A stretch of 64,000 bases of DNA from Eledone cirrhosa (Eukaryota): the NCBI GenBank assembly GCA_964016885.1, contig OZ024740.1, positions 318,308,001-318,372,000 on the forward strand, written 5' to 3'. Below the pieces are notes generated by a model, which saw nothing but the letters and a program-made list of their open reading frames with translations, searched no databases and was not told where the DNA came from. Positions within the stretch are counted from its first letter, which is position 1. Every line of letters begins with the position of its first letter. A program made the translations under genes and the position numbers. Below, piece after piece: positions 1 to 14,900 of this stretch.

Positions 1-2900
1 CATAACATACATTCTATCTGACATTCTAACGACTCTACCAATTCGCTGTCTTTCTACTACAATACTCAACAAATAATCCAGGACTGTCTCGTCTATTTCC
101 ACAACTTACGTTCTATCTGACATTCTAAAGACTCTAACAATTCGAAGTCTTTCTACTACAATACTCAGAACAAATAATCCAGGTTTGTCTCGTCTATTTC
201 CACAACTTACATTCTATCTAACATTCTAACGACTCTACCAATTCGAAGTTTTTCTACTACAATACTAACAACAAATAATCCAGGATTGTCTCGTCTATTT
301 CCACAACTTACATTCTACCTGACAATCTAACGACTCTACCAATTCGCTGTCTTTCTACTACAATACTCAACAAATAATCCAGGACTGTCTCGTCTATTTC
401 CACAACATACATTCTATCTGATATTCTAACGACTCTACCAATTCGAAGTCTTTCTACTACAATACTCACAACAAATAATCCAGGATTGTCTCGTCTATTT
501 ACACAACTTGCATTCTATCTGATATTCTAACGACTCTACCAATTCGAAGTCTTTCTACTACAATACTAACAACAAATAATCCAGGATTGTCTCGTCTATT
601 TCCACAACTTACGTTCTATCTGACATTCTAACAACTCTACCAATTCTAAGTCTTTCTACTACAATACTCACAACAAATAATACAGGATTGGCTCGTCTAT
701 TTCCACAACTTACATTCTATCTGACATTCTAACGACTCTACCAATTCGCTGTATTTCTACTACAATACTCACATCAAATAATCCAGGATTGTCTCGTCTA
801 TTTCCACAACATACATTCTATCTGACATTCTAACGACTCTACCAATTCGCTGTCTTTCTACTACAATACTCAACAAATAATCCAGGACTGTCTCGTCTAT
901 TTCCACAACTTACGTTCTATCTGACATTCTAAAGACTCTAACAATTCGAAGTCTTTCTACTACAATACTCAGAAAAAATAATCCAGGTTTGTCTCGTCTA
1001 TTTCCACAACTTACATTCTATCTAACATTCTAAAGACTCTACCAATTCGAAGCCTTTTTACTACATTACTCACAACAAATAATTCAGGATTGCCCCGTCT
1101 ATTTCCACAACTTACATTCTACCTGACATTCTAACGACTCTACCAATTCGCTGTCTTTCTACTACAATACTCACAACAAATAATCCAGGATTGTCTCGTC
1201 TATTTCCACAACTTACATTCTATCTGATATTCTAACGACTCTACCAATTCGAAGTCTTTCTACTACAATACTAACAACAAATAATCCAGGATTGTCTCTT
1301 CTATTTCCACAACATACATTCTATCTAACATTCTAACAACTCCACCAATTCGAAATCTTTCTACTACAATACTCACAACAAATCATCCAGGATTGTCTCG
1401 TCTATTTCCACAACTTACATTCTATCTGATATTCTAACGACTCTACCAATTCGAAGTCTTTCTACTACAATACTAACAACAAATAATCCAGGATTGTCTC
1501 TTCTATTTCCACAACTTACATTCTATCTGATATTCTAACGACTCTACCAATTCGAATCTTTCTACTACAATACTCACAACAAATAATACAGGATTGGCTC
1601 GTCTATTTCCACAACTTACATTCTATCTGACATTCTAACGACTCTACCAATTCGCTGTATTTCTACTACAATACTCACAACAAATAATCCAGCACTGTTT
1701 CGTCTATTTCCACAACTCACATTCTATCTGACATTCTAACGACTCTACCAATTCGAAGTCTTTCTACTACAATACTCACAACAAATAATCCAGGAATATC
1801 TCGTCTATTTCCACAACTTACATTCTATCTGACATTGAAACGACTCTATCAATTCGAAGTCTTTCTACTACAATACTAACTTCAAATAATCCAGGATTGT
1901 CTCGTCTATTTCCACAACTTACATTCTATCTGACATTCTAACGACTCTACCAATTCGAAGTCTTTCTACTACAATACTAATAAAAATAATCTAGGATTGT
2001 CTCGTCTATTTCCACAACTTACATTCTATCTGACATTCTAACGACTCTACCAATTCGCTGTCTTTCTACTACAATACTCACAACAAATAATCCAGGATTG
2101 TCTCGTCTATTTCCAAAACTTACATTCTATCTGCCATTCTAACGACTCTACCAATTCGAAGTTTTTCTACTACAATACTAACAACAAATAATCCAGGATT
2201 GTCTCGTCTATTTCCACAACTTACATTCTATCTGACATTCTAACGACTCTACCAATTCGCTGTATTTCTACTACAATACTCACAACAAATAATCCAGGAT
2301 TGTCTCGTCTATTTCCATAACATACATTCTATCTGACATTCTAACGACTCTACCAATTCGCTGTCTTTCTACTACAATACTCAACAAATAATCCAGGACT
2401 GTCTCGTCTATTTCCACAACTTACATTCTATCTGATATTCTAGCGACTCTATCAATTCGAAGTCTTTCTACTACAATACTGACGTCAAATAATCCAGGAT
2501 TGTCTCGTCCATTTCCACAACTTACATTCTATCTGATATTCGAACGACTCTACCAATTCGAAGTCTTTGTACTACAATACTAACAACAAATAATGCAGGA
2601 TTCTATCGTCTATTTCCACAACTTACATTCTATCTGATATTCTAACGACTCTACCAATTCGCTGTATTTCTACTACAATACTAACTTCAAATAATCCAGG
2701 ATTGTCTCATCTATTTCCACAACTTACATTCTATCTGATATTCGAACGACTCTACCAATTCGAAGTCTTTCTACTACAATACTCACAACAAATAATCCAG
2801 GATCGTCTCGTCTTTTTCCACAACTTACATTCTATCTGACATTCTAACGACTCTACCAATTCGAAGTCTTTCTATTACAATACTCACAACAAATAATCCA
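1..2900 (+). repeat. Satellite subfamily domain I, with little regular HOR structure
   Basis: Characteristic variants are CGCTGTCTTT, the 2-bp deletion ACTCAACAAA linked to GGACTGT (about 64, 365, 868, 2378) and ACATAC. A short internal duplication pairs about 5-240 with about 809-1040 (offset 804 = 8x101-4). Confidence 0.7.
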
Positions 2901-5900
2901 GGGTTGTCTCGTCTATTTCCACAACTTACATTCTATCTGACATACTAACGACTCTACCAATTCGAAGTCTTTCTATTACAATACTCACAACAAATAATCC
3001 AGGATTGTCTCGTCTATTCCCACAACTTACGTTCTATGTGACATTCTAACGACTCTACCAATTCGAAGTTTTTCTACTACAATACTCACAACAAATAATC
3101 CAGGATTGTCTCGTCTATTTCCACAACTTACATTCTATCTGACATTCTAACGACTCTACCAATTCGAAGTCTTTCTATTAAAATACTCACAACAAATAAT
3201 CCAGGATTGTCTCGACTATTTCCACAACTTACATTCTATGTGACATTCTAACCACTCTACCAATTGGAAGTCTTTCTACTACAATACTCACAACAAATAA
3301 TCCAGGATTGTCTCGTCTATTCCCACAACTTACATTATGTCTGACATTCTAATGACTCTACCAATTCGAAGTCTTTCTACTACAATACTAACAACAAATA
3401 ATCTAAGATTGTCTCGTCTATTTCCACAACTTACATTCTATCTGACATTCTAACGACTCTACCAATTCGAAGTCTTTCTATTAAAATACTCACAACAAAT
3501 AATCCAGGATCGTCTCGTCTATTTCCACAACTTACATTCTATGTGACATTCTAACGACTCTACCAATTCGAAGTCTTTCTACTACAATACTAACAACAAA
3601 TAATCTAAGATTGTCTCGTCTATTTCCACAACTTACATTCTACCTGACATTCTAACGACTCTACCAATTCGAAGTCTTTCTGCTACAATACTCACAACAA
3701 ATAATCCAGGATTGCCTCGTCTATTTCCACACTTTACATTCTATCTGACATTCTAACGACTCTACAAATTCGCTGTATTTCTACTACAATACTAACTTCA
3801 AATAATCCAGGATTGTCTCGTCTATTTCCACAACTTACATTCTATCTGATATTCTAACGACTCTACCAATTTGAAGTCTTTCTACTACAATACTAACAAC
3901 AAATAATCCAGGATTTCTCGTCTATTTCCACAACTTTTATTCTATCTGATATTCGAACGACTCTACCAATTCGAAGTCTTTCTACTACAATACTCACAAC
4001 AAATAATCCAGGATTGTCTCGTCTATTTCCACAACTTACATTCTATCTCAGTTTCTAACGAATCTACCATTTCGCTGTATTTATACTACAATACTGACAA
4101 CAAATAAACCAGGATTGTCTCGTCTATTTCCACAACTTACATTCTATCTGACATTCTAACGACTCTACCAATTCGAAGTCTTTCTATTAAAATACTCACA
4201 ACAAATAATCCAGGATTGTATCGTCTATTTCTACAACTTACATTCTATCTGACATTCTAACGACTCTACCAATTCGAAGTCTTTCTACTACAATACTAAC
4301 AACAAATAATGCAGGATTGTCTCGTCTATTTCCACAACTTACATTCTACCTGATATTCTAACGACTCTATCAATTCGAAGTCTTTCTACTACAATACTCA
4401 CAACAAATCATCCAGGATTGTCTCTTCTATTTCCACGACTTACATTCTATCTGACATTCTAACGACTCTACCAATTCGAAGTCTTTCTACTATAATACTC
4501 ACAACAAATCATCCAGGATTGTCTCGTCTATTTCCACAACTTATATTCTATCTGACATTCTAACGACTCTACCAATTCGAAGTCTTTCTATTACAATACT
4601 CACAACAAATAATCCAGGATTGTCTCGTCTATTCCCACAACTTACATTCTATGTGACATTCTAACCACTCTACCAATTCGAAGTTTTTCTACTACAATAC
4701 TCACAACAAATGATCCAGGATTGTCTCGTCTATTTCCACAACTTACATTCTATCTGACATTCTAACGACTCTACCAATTCGAAGTCTTTCTATTAAAATA
4801 CTCACAACAAATAATCCAGGATTGTCTCGTCTATTTCCACAACTTACATTCTATGTGACGTTCTAACGACTCTACCAATTCGAAGTCTTTCTACTACAAT
4901 ACTCACAACAAATAATCCCTATTGTCTCGTCTATTCCCACAACTTACATTATATCTGACATTCTAATGACTCTACCAATTCGAAGTCTTTCTACTACAAT
5001 ACTAACAACAAATAATGTAAGATTGTCTCGTCTATTTCCACAACTTACATTGTATCTGACATTCTAACGACTCTACCAATTCGAAGTCTTTCTGTTACAA
5101 TACTCACAACAAATAATCGAGGATTGCGTCGTCTATTTCCACACCTTACATTCTATCTGACATTCTAACGACTCTACCAATTCGCTGTATTTCTACTACA
5201 ATACTAACTTCAAATAATCCAGGATTGTCTCGTCTATTTCCACAACTTACATTCTATCTGATATTCTAACGACTCTACCAATTTGAAGTCTTTCTACTAC
5301 AATACTAACAACAAATAATCCAGGATTTCTCGTCTATTTCCACAACTTTCATTCTATCTGATATTCGAACGACTCTTCCAATTCGAAGTCTTTCTACTAC
5401 AACACTCACAACAAATAATCCAGGATTGTCTCGTCTATTTCCACAACTTACATTCTATCTGACATTCTAACGACTCTACCAATTCGAAGTCTTTCTACTA
5501 CAATACTCACAACAAATAATCCAGGATTGTCTCGTCTATTTCCACAACTTACATTCTATCTGACATTCTAACGACTCTACCAATTCGAAGTCTTTCTATT
5601 AAAATACTCACAACAAATAATCCAGGATTGTCTCGACTATTTCCACAACTTACATTCTATGTGACATTCTAACCACTCTACCAATTGGAAGTCTTTCTAC
5701 TACAATACTCACAACAAATAATCCAGGATTGTCTCGTCTATTCCCACAACTTACATTATGTCTGACATTCTAATGACTCTACCAATTCGAAGTCTTTCTA
5801 CTACAATACTAACAACAAATAATCTAAGATTGTCTCGACTATTTCCACAACTTACATTCTATCTGACATTCTAACGACTCTACCAATTCGAAGTCTTTCT

Positions 5901-8900
5901 ATTAAAATACTCACAACAAATAATCCAGGATCGTCTCGTCTATTTCCACAACTTACATTCTATGTGACATTCTAACGACTCTACCAATTCGAAGTCTTTC
6001 TACTACAATACTAACAACAAATAATCTAAGATTGTCTCGTCTATTTCCACAACTTACATTCTACCTGACATTCTAACGACTCTACCAATTCGAAGTCTTT
6101 CTGCTACAATACTCACAACAAATAATCCAGGATTGCCTCGTCTATTTCCACACTTTACATTCTATCTGACATTTTAACGACTCTACAAATTCGCTGTATT
6201 TCTACTACAATACTAACTTCAAATAATCCAGGATTGTCTCGTCTATTTCCACAACTTACATTCTATCTGATATTCTAACGACTCTACCAATTTGAAGTCT
6301 TTCTACTACAATACTAACAACAAATAATCCAGGATTTCTCGTCTATTTCCACAACTTTTATTCTATCTGATATTCGAACGACTCTACCAATTCGAAGTCT
6401 TTCTACTACAATACTCACAACAAATAATCCAGGATTGTCTCGTCTATTTCCACAACTTACATTCTATCTCAGTTTCTAACGAATCTACCATTTCGCTGTA
6501 TTTATACTACAATACTGACAACAAATAAACCAGGATTGTCTCGTCTATTTCCACAACTTACATTCTATCTGACATTCTAACGACTCTACCAATTCGAAGT
6601 CTTTCTATTAAAATACTCACAACAAATAATCCAGGATTGTATCGTCTATTTCTACAACTTACATTCTATCTGACATTCTAACGACTCTACCAATTCGAAG
6701 TCTTTCTACTACAATACTAACAACAAATAATGCAGGATTGTCTCGTCTATTTCCACAACTTACATTCTACCTGACATTCTAACGACTCTATCAATTCGAA
6801 GTCTTTCTACTACAATACTCACAACAAATCATCCAGGATTGTCTCTTCTATTTCCACGACTTACATTCTATCTGACATTCTAACGACTCTACCAATTCGA
6901 AGTCTTTCTACTACAATACTCACAACAAATCATCCAGGATTGTCTCGTCTATTTCCACAACTTACATTCTATCTGACATTCTAACGACTCTACCAATTCG
7001 AAGTCTTTCTATTACAATACTCACAACAAATAATCCAGGATTGTCTCGTCTATTCCCACAACTTACATTCTATGTGACATTCTAACGACTCTACCAATTC
7101 GAAGTTTTTCTACTACAATACTCACAACAAATAATCCAGGATTGTCTCGTCTATTTCCACAACTTACATTCTATCTGACATTCTAACGACTCTACCAATT
7201 CGAAGTCTTTCTATTAAAATACTCACAACAAATAATCCAGGATTGTCTCGTCTATTTCAAAAACTTACATTCTATGTGACGTTCTAACGACTCTATCAAT
7301 TCGAAGTCTTTCTACTACAATACTCACAACAAATAATCCTGGATTGTCTCGTCTATTCCCACAACTTACATTATATCTGACATTCTAATGACTCTACCAA
7401 TTCGAAGTCTTTCTACTACAATACTAACAACAAATAATCTAAGATTGTCTCGTCTATTTCCACAACTTACATTGTATCTGACATTCTAACGACTCTACCA
7501 ATTCGAAGTCTTTCTGCTACAATACTCACAACAAATAATCGAGGATTGCGTCGTCTATTTCCACACCTTACATTCTATCTGACATTCTAACGACTCTACC
7601 AATTCGCTGTATTTCTACTACAATACTAACTTCAAATAATCCAGGATTGTCTCGTCTATTTCCACAACTTACATTCTATCTGATATTCTAACGACTCTAC
7701 CAATTTGAAGTCTTTCTACTACAATACTAACAACAAATAATCCAGGATTTCTCGTCTATTTCCACAACTTTCATTCTATCTGATATTCGAACGACTCTTC
7801 CAATTCGAAGTCTTTCTACTACAATACTCACAACAAATAATCCAGGATTGTCTCGTCTATTTCCACAACTTACATTCTATCTCAGTTTCTAACGAGTCTA
7901 CCAATTCGCTGTATTTATACTACAATACTAACGTCAAATAATCCAGAATTGTCTCATCTATTTCCACAACTTACATTCTATCTGATATTCGAACGACTCT
8001 ACCAATTCGAAGTTTTGTACTACAATACTAACAACAAATAATGCAGGATTGTCTCGTCTATTTCCACAACATACATTCTACCTGACATTCTAACGACTCT
8101 ACGAATTCGAAGTCTTTCTACTACCATACTCACCAGAAATAATCCAGGATTGTCTCGTCTATTTCCACAACTTACATTCTATCTGACATTCTAACGACTC
8201 TACCAATTCGAAGTCTTTCTATTACAATACTCACAACAAATAATCCAGGATTGTCTCGTTTATTTCCACAACTTACATTCTATCTGATATTCTAACGACT
8301 CTACCAATTTGAAGTCTTTCTACTACAATACTAACAACAAATAATCCAGGATTTCTCGTCTATTTCCACAACTTTTATTCTATCTGATATTCGAACGACT
8401 CTACCAATTCGAAGTCTTTCTACTACAATACTCACAACAAATAATCCAGGATTGTCTCGTCTATTTCCACAACTTACATTCTATCTCAGTTTCTAACGAA
8501 TCTACCATTTCGCTCTATTTATACTACAATACTGACAACAAATAAACCAGGATTGTCTCGTCTATTTCCACAACTTACATTCTATCTGACATTCTAACGT
8601 CTCTACCAATTCGAAGTCTTTCTATTAAAATACTCACAACAAATAATCCAGGATTGTATCGTCTATTTCTACAACTTACATTCTATCTGACATTCTAACG
8701 ACTCTACCAATTCGAAGTCTTTCTACTACAATACTAACGTCAAATAATCCAAAATTGTCTCATCTATTTCCACAACTTACATTCTATCTGATATTCGAAC
8801 GACTCTACCAATTCGAAGTTTTGTACTACAATACTAACAACAAATAATGCAGGATTGTCTCGTCTATTTCCACAACTTACATTCTACCTGACATTCTAAC

Positions 8901-11900
8901 GACTCTACGAATTCGAAGTCTTTCTACTACAATACTCACCAGAAATAATCCAGGATTGTCTCGTCTATTTCCACAACTTACATTCTATCTGACATTCTAA
9001 CGACTCTACCAATTCGAAGTCTTTCTATTACAATACTCACAACAAATAGTCCAGGATTGTCTCGTCTATTCCCACAACTTACATTCTATGTGACATTCTA
9101 ACGACTCTACCAATTCGAAGTTTTTCTACTACAATACTCACAACAAATAATCCAGGATTGTCTCGTCTATTTCCACAACTTACATTCTATCTGACATTCT
9201 AACGACTCTACCAATTCGAAGTCTTTCTATTAAAATACTCACAACAAATAATCCAGGATTGTCTCGACTATTTCCACAACTTACATTCTATGTGACATTC
9301 TAACCACTCTACCAATTGGAAGTCTTTCTACTACAATACTCACAACAAATAATCCAGGATTGTCTCGTCTATTCCCACAACTTACATTATGTCTGACATT
9401 CTAATGACTCTACCAATTCGAAGTCTTTCTACTACAATACTAACAATAAATAATCTAAGATTGTCTCGACTATTTCCACAACTTACATTCTATCTGACAT
9501 TCTAACGACTCTACCAATTCGAAGTCTTTCTATTAAAATACTCACAACAAATAATCCAGGATCGTCTCGTCTATTTCCACAACTTACATTCTATGTGACA
9601 TTCTAACGACTCTACCAATTCGAAGTCTTTCTACTACAATACTAACAACAAATAATCTAAGATTGTCTCGTCTATTTCCACAACTTACATTCTACCTGAC
9701 ATTCTAACGACTCTACCAATTCGAAGTCTTTCTGCTACAATACTCACAACAAATAATCCAGGATTGCCTCGTCTATTTCCACACTTTACATTCTATCTGA
9801 CATTCTAACGACTCTACAAATTCGCTGTATTTCTACTACAATACTAACTTCAAATAATCCAGGATTGTCTCGTTTATTTCCACAACTTACATTCTATCTG
9901 ATATTCTAACGACTCTACCAATTTGAAGTCTTTCTACTACAATACTAACAACAAATAATCCAGGATTTCTCGTCTATTTCCACAACTTTTATTCTATCTG
10001 ATATTCGAACGACTCTACCAATTCGAAGTCTTTCTACTACAATACTCACAACAAATAATCCAGGATTGTCTCGTCTATTTCCACAACTTACATTCTATCT
10101 CAGTTTCTAACGAATCTACCATTTCGCTGTATTTATACTACAATACTGACAACAAATAAACCAGGATTGTCTCGTCTATTTCCACAACTTACATTCTATC
10201 TGACATTCTAACGACTCTACCAATTCGAAGTCTTTCTATTAAAATACTCACAACAAATAATCCAGGATTGTATCGTCTATTTCTACAACTTACATTCTAT
10301 CTGACATTCTAACGACTCTACCAATTCGAAGTCTTTCTACTACAATACTAACAACAAATAATGCAGGATTGTCTCGTCTATTTCCACAACTTACATTCTA
10401 CCTGACATTCTAACGACTCTATCAATTCGAAGTCTTTCTACTACAATACTCACAACAAATCATCCAGGATTGTCTCTTCTATTTCCACGACTTACATTCT
10501 ATCTGACATTCTAACGACTCTACCAATTCGAAGTCTTTCTACTACAATACTCACAACAAATCATCCAGGATTGTCTCGTCTATTTCCACAACTTACATTC
10601 TATCTGACATTCTAACGACTCTACCAATTCGAAGTCTTTCTATTACAATACTCACAACAAATAATCCAGGATTGTCTCGTCTATTCCCACAACTTACATT
10701 CTATGTGACATTCTAACGACTCTACCAATTCGAAGTTTTTCTACTACAATACTCACAACAAATAATCCAGGATTGTCTCGTCTATTCCCACAACTTACAT
10801 TATGTCTGACATTCTAATGACTCTACCAATTCGAAGTCTTTCTACTACAATACTAACAACAAATAATCTAAGATTGTCTCGACTATTTCCACAACTTACA
10901 TTCTATCTGACATTCTAACGACTCTACCAATTCGAAGTCTTTCTATTAAAATACTCACAACAAATAATCCAGGATCGTCTCGTCTATTTCCACAACTTAC
11001 ATTCTATGTGACATTCTAACGACTCTACCAATTCGAAGTCTTTCTACTACAATACTAACAACAAATAATCTAAGATTGTCTCGTCTATTTCCACAACTTA
11101 CATTCTACCTGACATTCTAACGACTCTACCAATTCGAAGTCTTTCTGCTACAATACTCACAACAAATAATCCAGGATTGCCTCGTCTATTTCCACACTTT
11201 ACATTCTATCTGTCATTCTAACGACTCTACAAATTCGCTGTATTTCTACTACAATACTAACTTCAAATAATCCAGGATTGTCTCGTTTATTTCCACAACT
11301 TACATTCTATCTGATATTCTAACGACTCTACCAATTTGAAGTCTTTCTACTACAATACTAACAACAAATAATCCAGGATTTCTCGTCTATTTCCACAACT
11401 TTTATTCTATCTGATATTCGAACGACTCTACCAATTCGAAGTCTTTCTACTACAATACTCACAACAAATAATCCAGGATTGTCTCGTCTATTTCCACAAC
11501 TTACATTCTATCTCAGTTTCTAACGAATCTACCATTTCGCTGTATTTATACTACAATACTGACAACAAATAAACCAGGATTGTCTCGTCTATTTCCACAA
11601 CTTACATTCTATCTGACATTCTAACGACTTTACCAATTCGAAGTCTTTCTATTAAAATACTCACAACAAATAATCCAGGATTGTATCGTCTATTTCTACA
11701 ACTTACATTCTATCTGACATTCTAACGACTCTACCAATTCGAAGTCTTTCTACTACAATACTAACAACAAATAATGCAGGATTGTCTCGTCTATTTCCAC
11801 AACTTACATTCTACCTGACATTCTAACGACTCTATCAATTCGAAGTCTTTCTACTACAATACTCACAACAAATCATCCAGGATTGTCTCTTCTATTTCCA

Positions 11901-14900
11901 CGACTTACATTCTATCTGACATTCTAACGACTCTACCAATTCGAAGTCTTTCTACTACAATACTCACAACAAATCATCCAGGATTGTCTCGTCTATTTCC
12001 ACAACTTACATTCTATCTGACATTCTAACGACTCTACCAATTCGAAGTCTTTCTATTACAATACTCACAACAAATAATCCAGGATTGTCTCGTCTATTCC
12101 CACAACTTACATTCTATGTGACATTCTAACGACTCTACCAATTCGAAGTTTTTCTACTACAATACTCACAACAAATAATCCAGGATTGTCTCGTCTATTT
12201 CCACAACTTACATTCTATCTGACATTCTAACGACTCTACCAATTCGAAGTCTTTCTATTAAAATACTCACAACAAATAATCCAGGATTGTCTCGTCTATT
12301 TCAAAAACTTACATTCTATGTGACGTTCTAACGACTCTATCAATTCGAAGTCTTTCTACTACAATACTCACAACAAATAATCCTGGATTGTCTCGTCTAT
12401 TCCCACAACTTACATTATATCTGACATTCTAATGACTCTACCAATTCGAAGTCTTTCTACTACAATACTAACAACAAATAATCTAAGATTGTCTCGTCTA
12501 TTTCCACAACTTACATTGTATCTGACATTCTAACGACTCTACCAATTCGAAGTCTTTCTGCTACAATACTCACAACAAATAATCGAGGATTGCGTCGTCT
12601 ATTTCCACACCTTACATTCTATCTGACATTCTAACGACTCTACCAATTCGCTGTATTTCTACTACAATACTAACTTCAAATAATCCAGGATTGTCTCGTC
12701 TATTTCCACAACTTACATTCTATCTGATATTCTAACGACTCTACCAATTTGAAGTCTTTCTACTACAATACTAACAACAAATAATCCAGGATTTCTCGTC
12801 TATTTCCACAACTTTCATTCTATCTGATATTCGAACGACTCTTCCAATTCGAAGTCTTTCTACTACAATACTCACAACAAATAATCCAGGATTGTCTCGT
12901 CTATTTCCACAACTTACATTCTATCTCAGTTTCTAACGTGTCTACCAATTCGCTGTATTTATACTACAATACTAACGTCAAATAATCCAGAATTGTCTCA
13001 TCTATTTCCACAACTTACATTCTATCTGATATTCGAACGACTCTACCAATTCGAAGTTTTGTACTACAATACTAACAACAAATAATGCAGGATTGTCTCG
13101 TCTATTTCCACAACTTACATTCTACCTGACATTCTAACGACTCTACGAATTCGAAGTCTTTCTACTACCATACTCACCAGAAATAATCCAGGATTGTCTC
13201 GTCTATTTCCACAACTTACATTCTATCTGACATTCTAACGACTCTACCAATTCGAAGTCTTTCTATTACAATACTCACAACAAATAATCCAGGATTGTCT
13301 CGTTTATTTCCACAACTTACATTCTATCTGATATTCTAACGACTCTACCAATTTGAAGTCTTTCTACTACAATACTAACAACAAATAATCCAGGATTTCT
13401 CGTCTATTTCCACAACTTTTATTCTATCTGATATTCGAACGACTCTACCAATTCGAAGTCTTTCTACTACAATACTCACAACAAATAATCCAGGATTGTC
13501 TCGTCTATTTCCACAACTTACATTCTATCTCAGTTTCTAACGAATCTACCATTTCGCTGTATTTATACTACAATACTGACAACAAATAAACCAGGATTGT
13601 CTCGTCTATTTCCACAACTTACATTCTATCTGACATTCTAACGACTCTACCAATTCGAAGTCTTTCTATTAAAATACTCACAACAAATAATCCAGGATTG
13701 TATCGTCTATTTCTACAACTTACATTCTATCTGACATTCTAACGACTCTACCAATTCGAAGTCTTTCTACTACAATACTAACAACAAATAATGCAGGATT
13801 GTCTCGTCTATTTCCACAACTTACATTCTACCTGACATTCTAACGACTCTATCAATTCGAAGTCTTTCTACTACAATACTCACAACAAATCATCCAGGAT
13901 TGTCTCTTCTATTTCCACGACTTACATTCTATCTGACATTCTAACGACTCTACCAATTCGAAGTCTTTCTACTACAATACTCACAACAAATCATCCAGGA
14001 TTGTCTCGTCTATTTCCACAACTTACATTCTATCTGACATTCTAACGACTCTACCAATTCGAAGTCTTTCTATTACAATACTCACAACAAATAATCCAGG
14101 ATTGTCTCGTCTATTCCCACAACTTACATTCTATGTGACATTCTAACGACTCTACCAATTCGAAGTTTTTCTACTACAATACTCACAACAAATAATCCAG
14201 GATTGTCTCGTCTATTTCCACAACTTACATTCTATCTGACATTCTAACGACTCTACCAATTCGAAGTCTTTCTATTAAAATACTCACAACAAATAATCCA
14301 GGATTGTCTCGTCTATTTCAAAAACTTACATTCTATGTGACGTTCTAACGACTCTATCAATTCGAAGTCTTTCTACTACAATACTCACAACAAATAATCC
14401 TGGATTGTCTCGTCTATTCCCACAACTTACATTATATCTGACATTCTAATGACTCTACCAATTCGAAGTCTTTCTACTACAATACTAACAACAAATAATC
14501 TAAGATTGTCTCGTCTATTTCCACAACTTACATTGTATCTGACATTCTAACGACTCTACCAATTCGAAGTCTTTCTGCTACAATACTCACAACAAATAAT
14601 CGAGGATTGCGTCGTCTATTTCCACACCTTACATTCTATCTGACATTCTAACGACTCTACCAATTCGCTGTATTTCTACTACAATACTAACTTCAAATAA
14701 TCCAGGATTGTCTCGTCTATTTCCACAACTTACATTCTATCTGATATTCTAACGACTCTACCAATTTGAAGTCTTTCTACTACAATACTAACAACAAATA
14801 ATCCAGGATTTCTCGTCTATTTCCACAACTTTCATTCTATCTGATATTCGAACGACTCTTCCAATTCGAAGTCTTTCTACTACAATACTCACAACAAATA

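Noticed and set aside
5482-5498. CENP-B box (NTTCGNNNNANNCGGGN)
   Set aside because: Only TTCG matches; ATTCGAAGTCTTTCTAC lacks the conserved A and CGGG.
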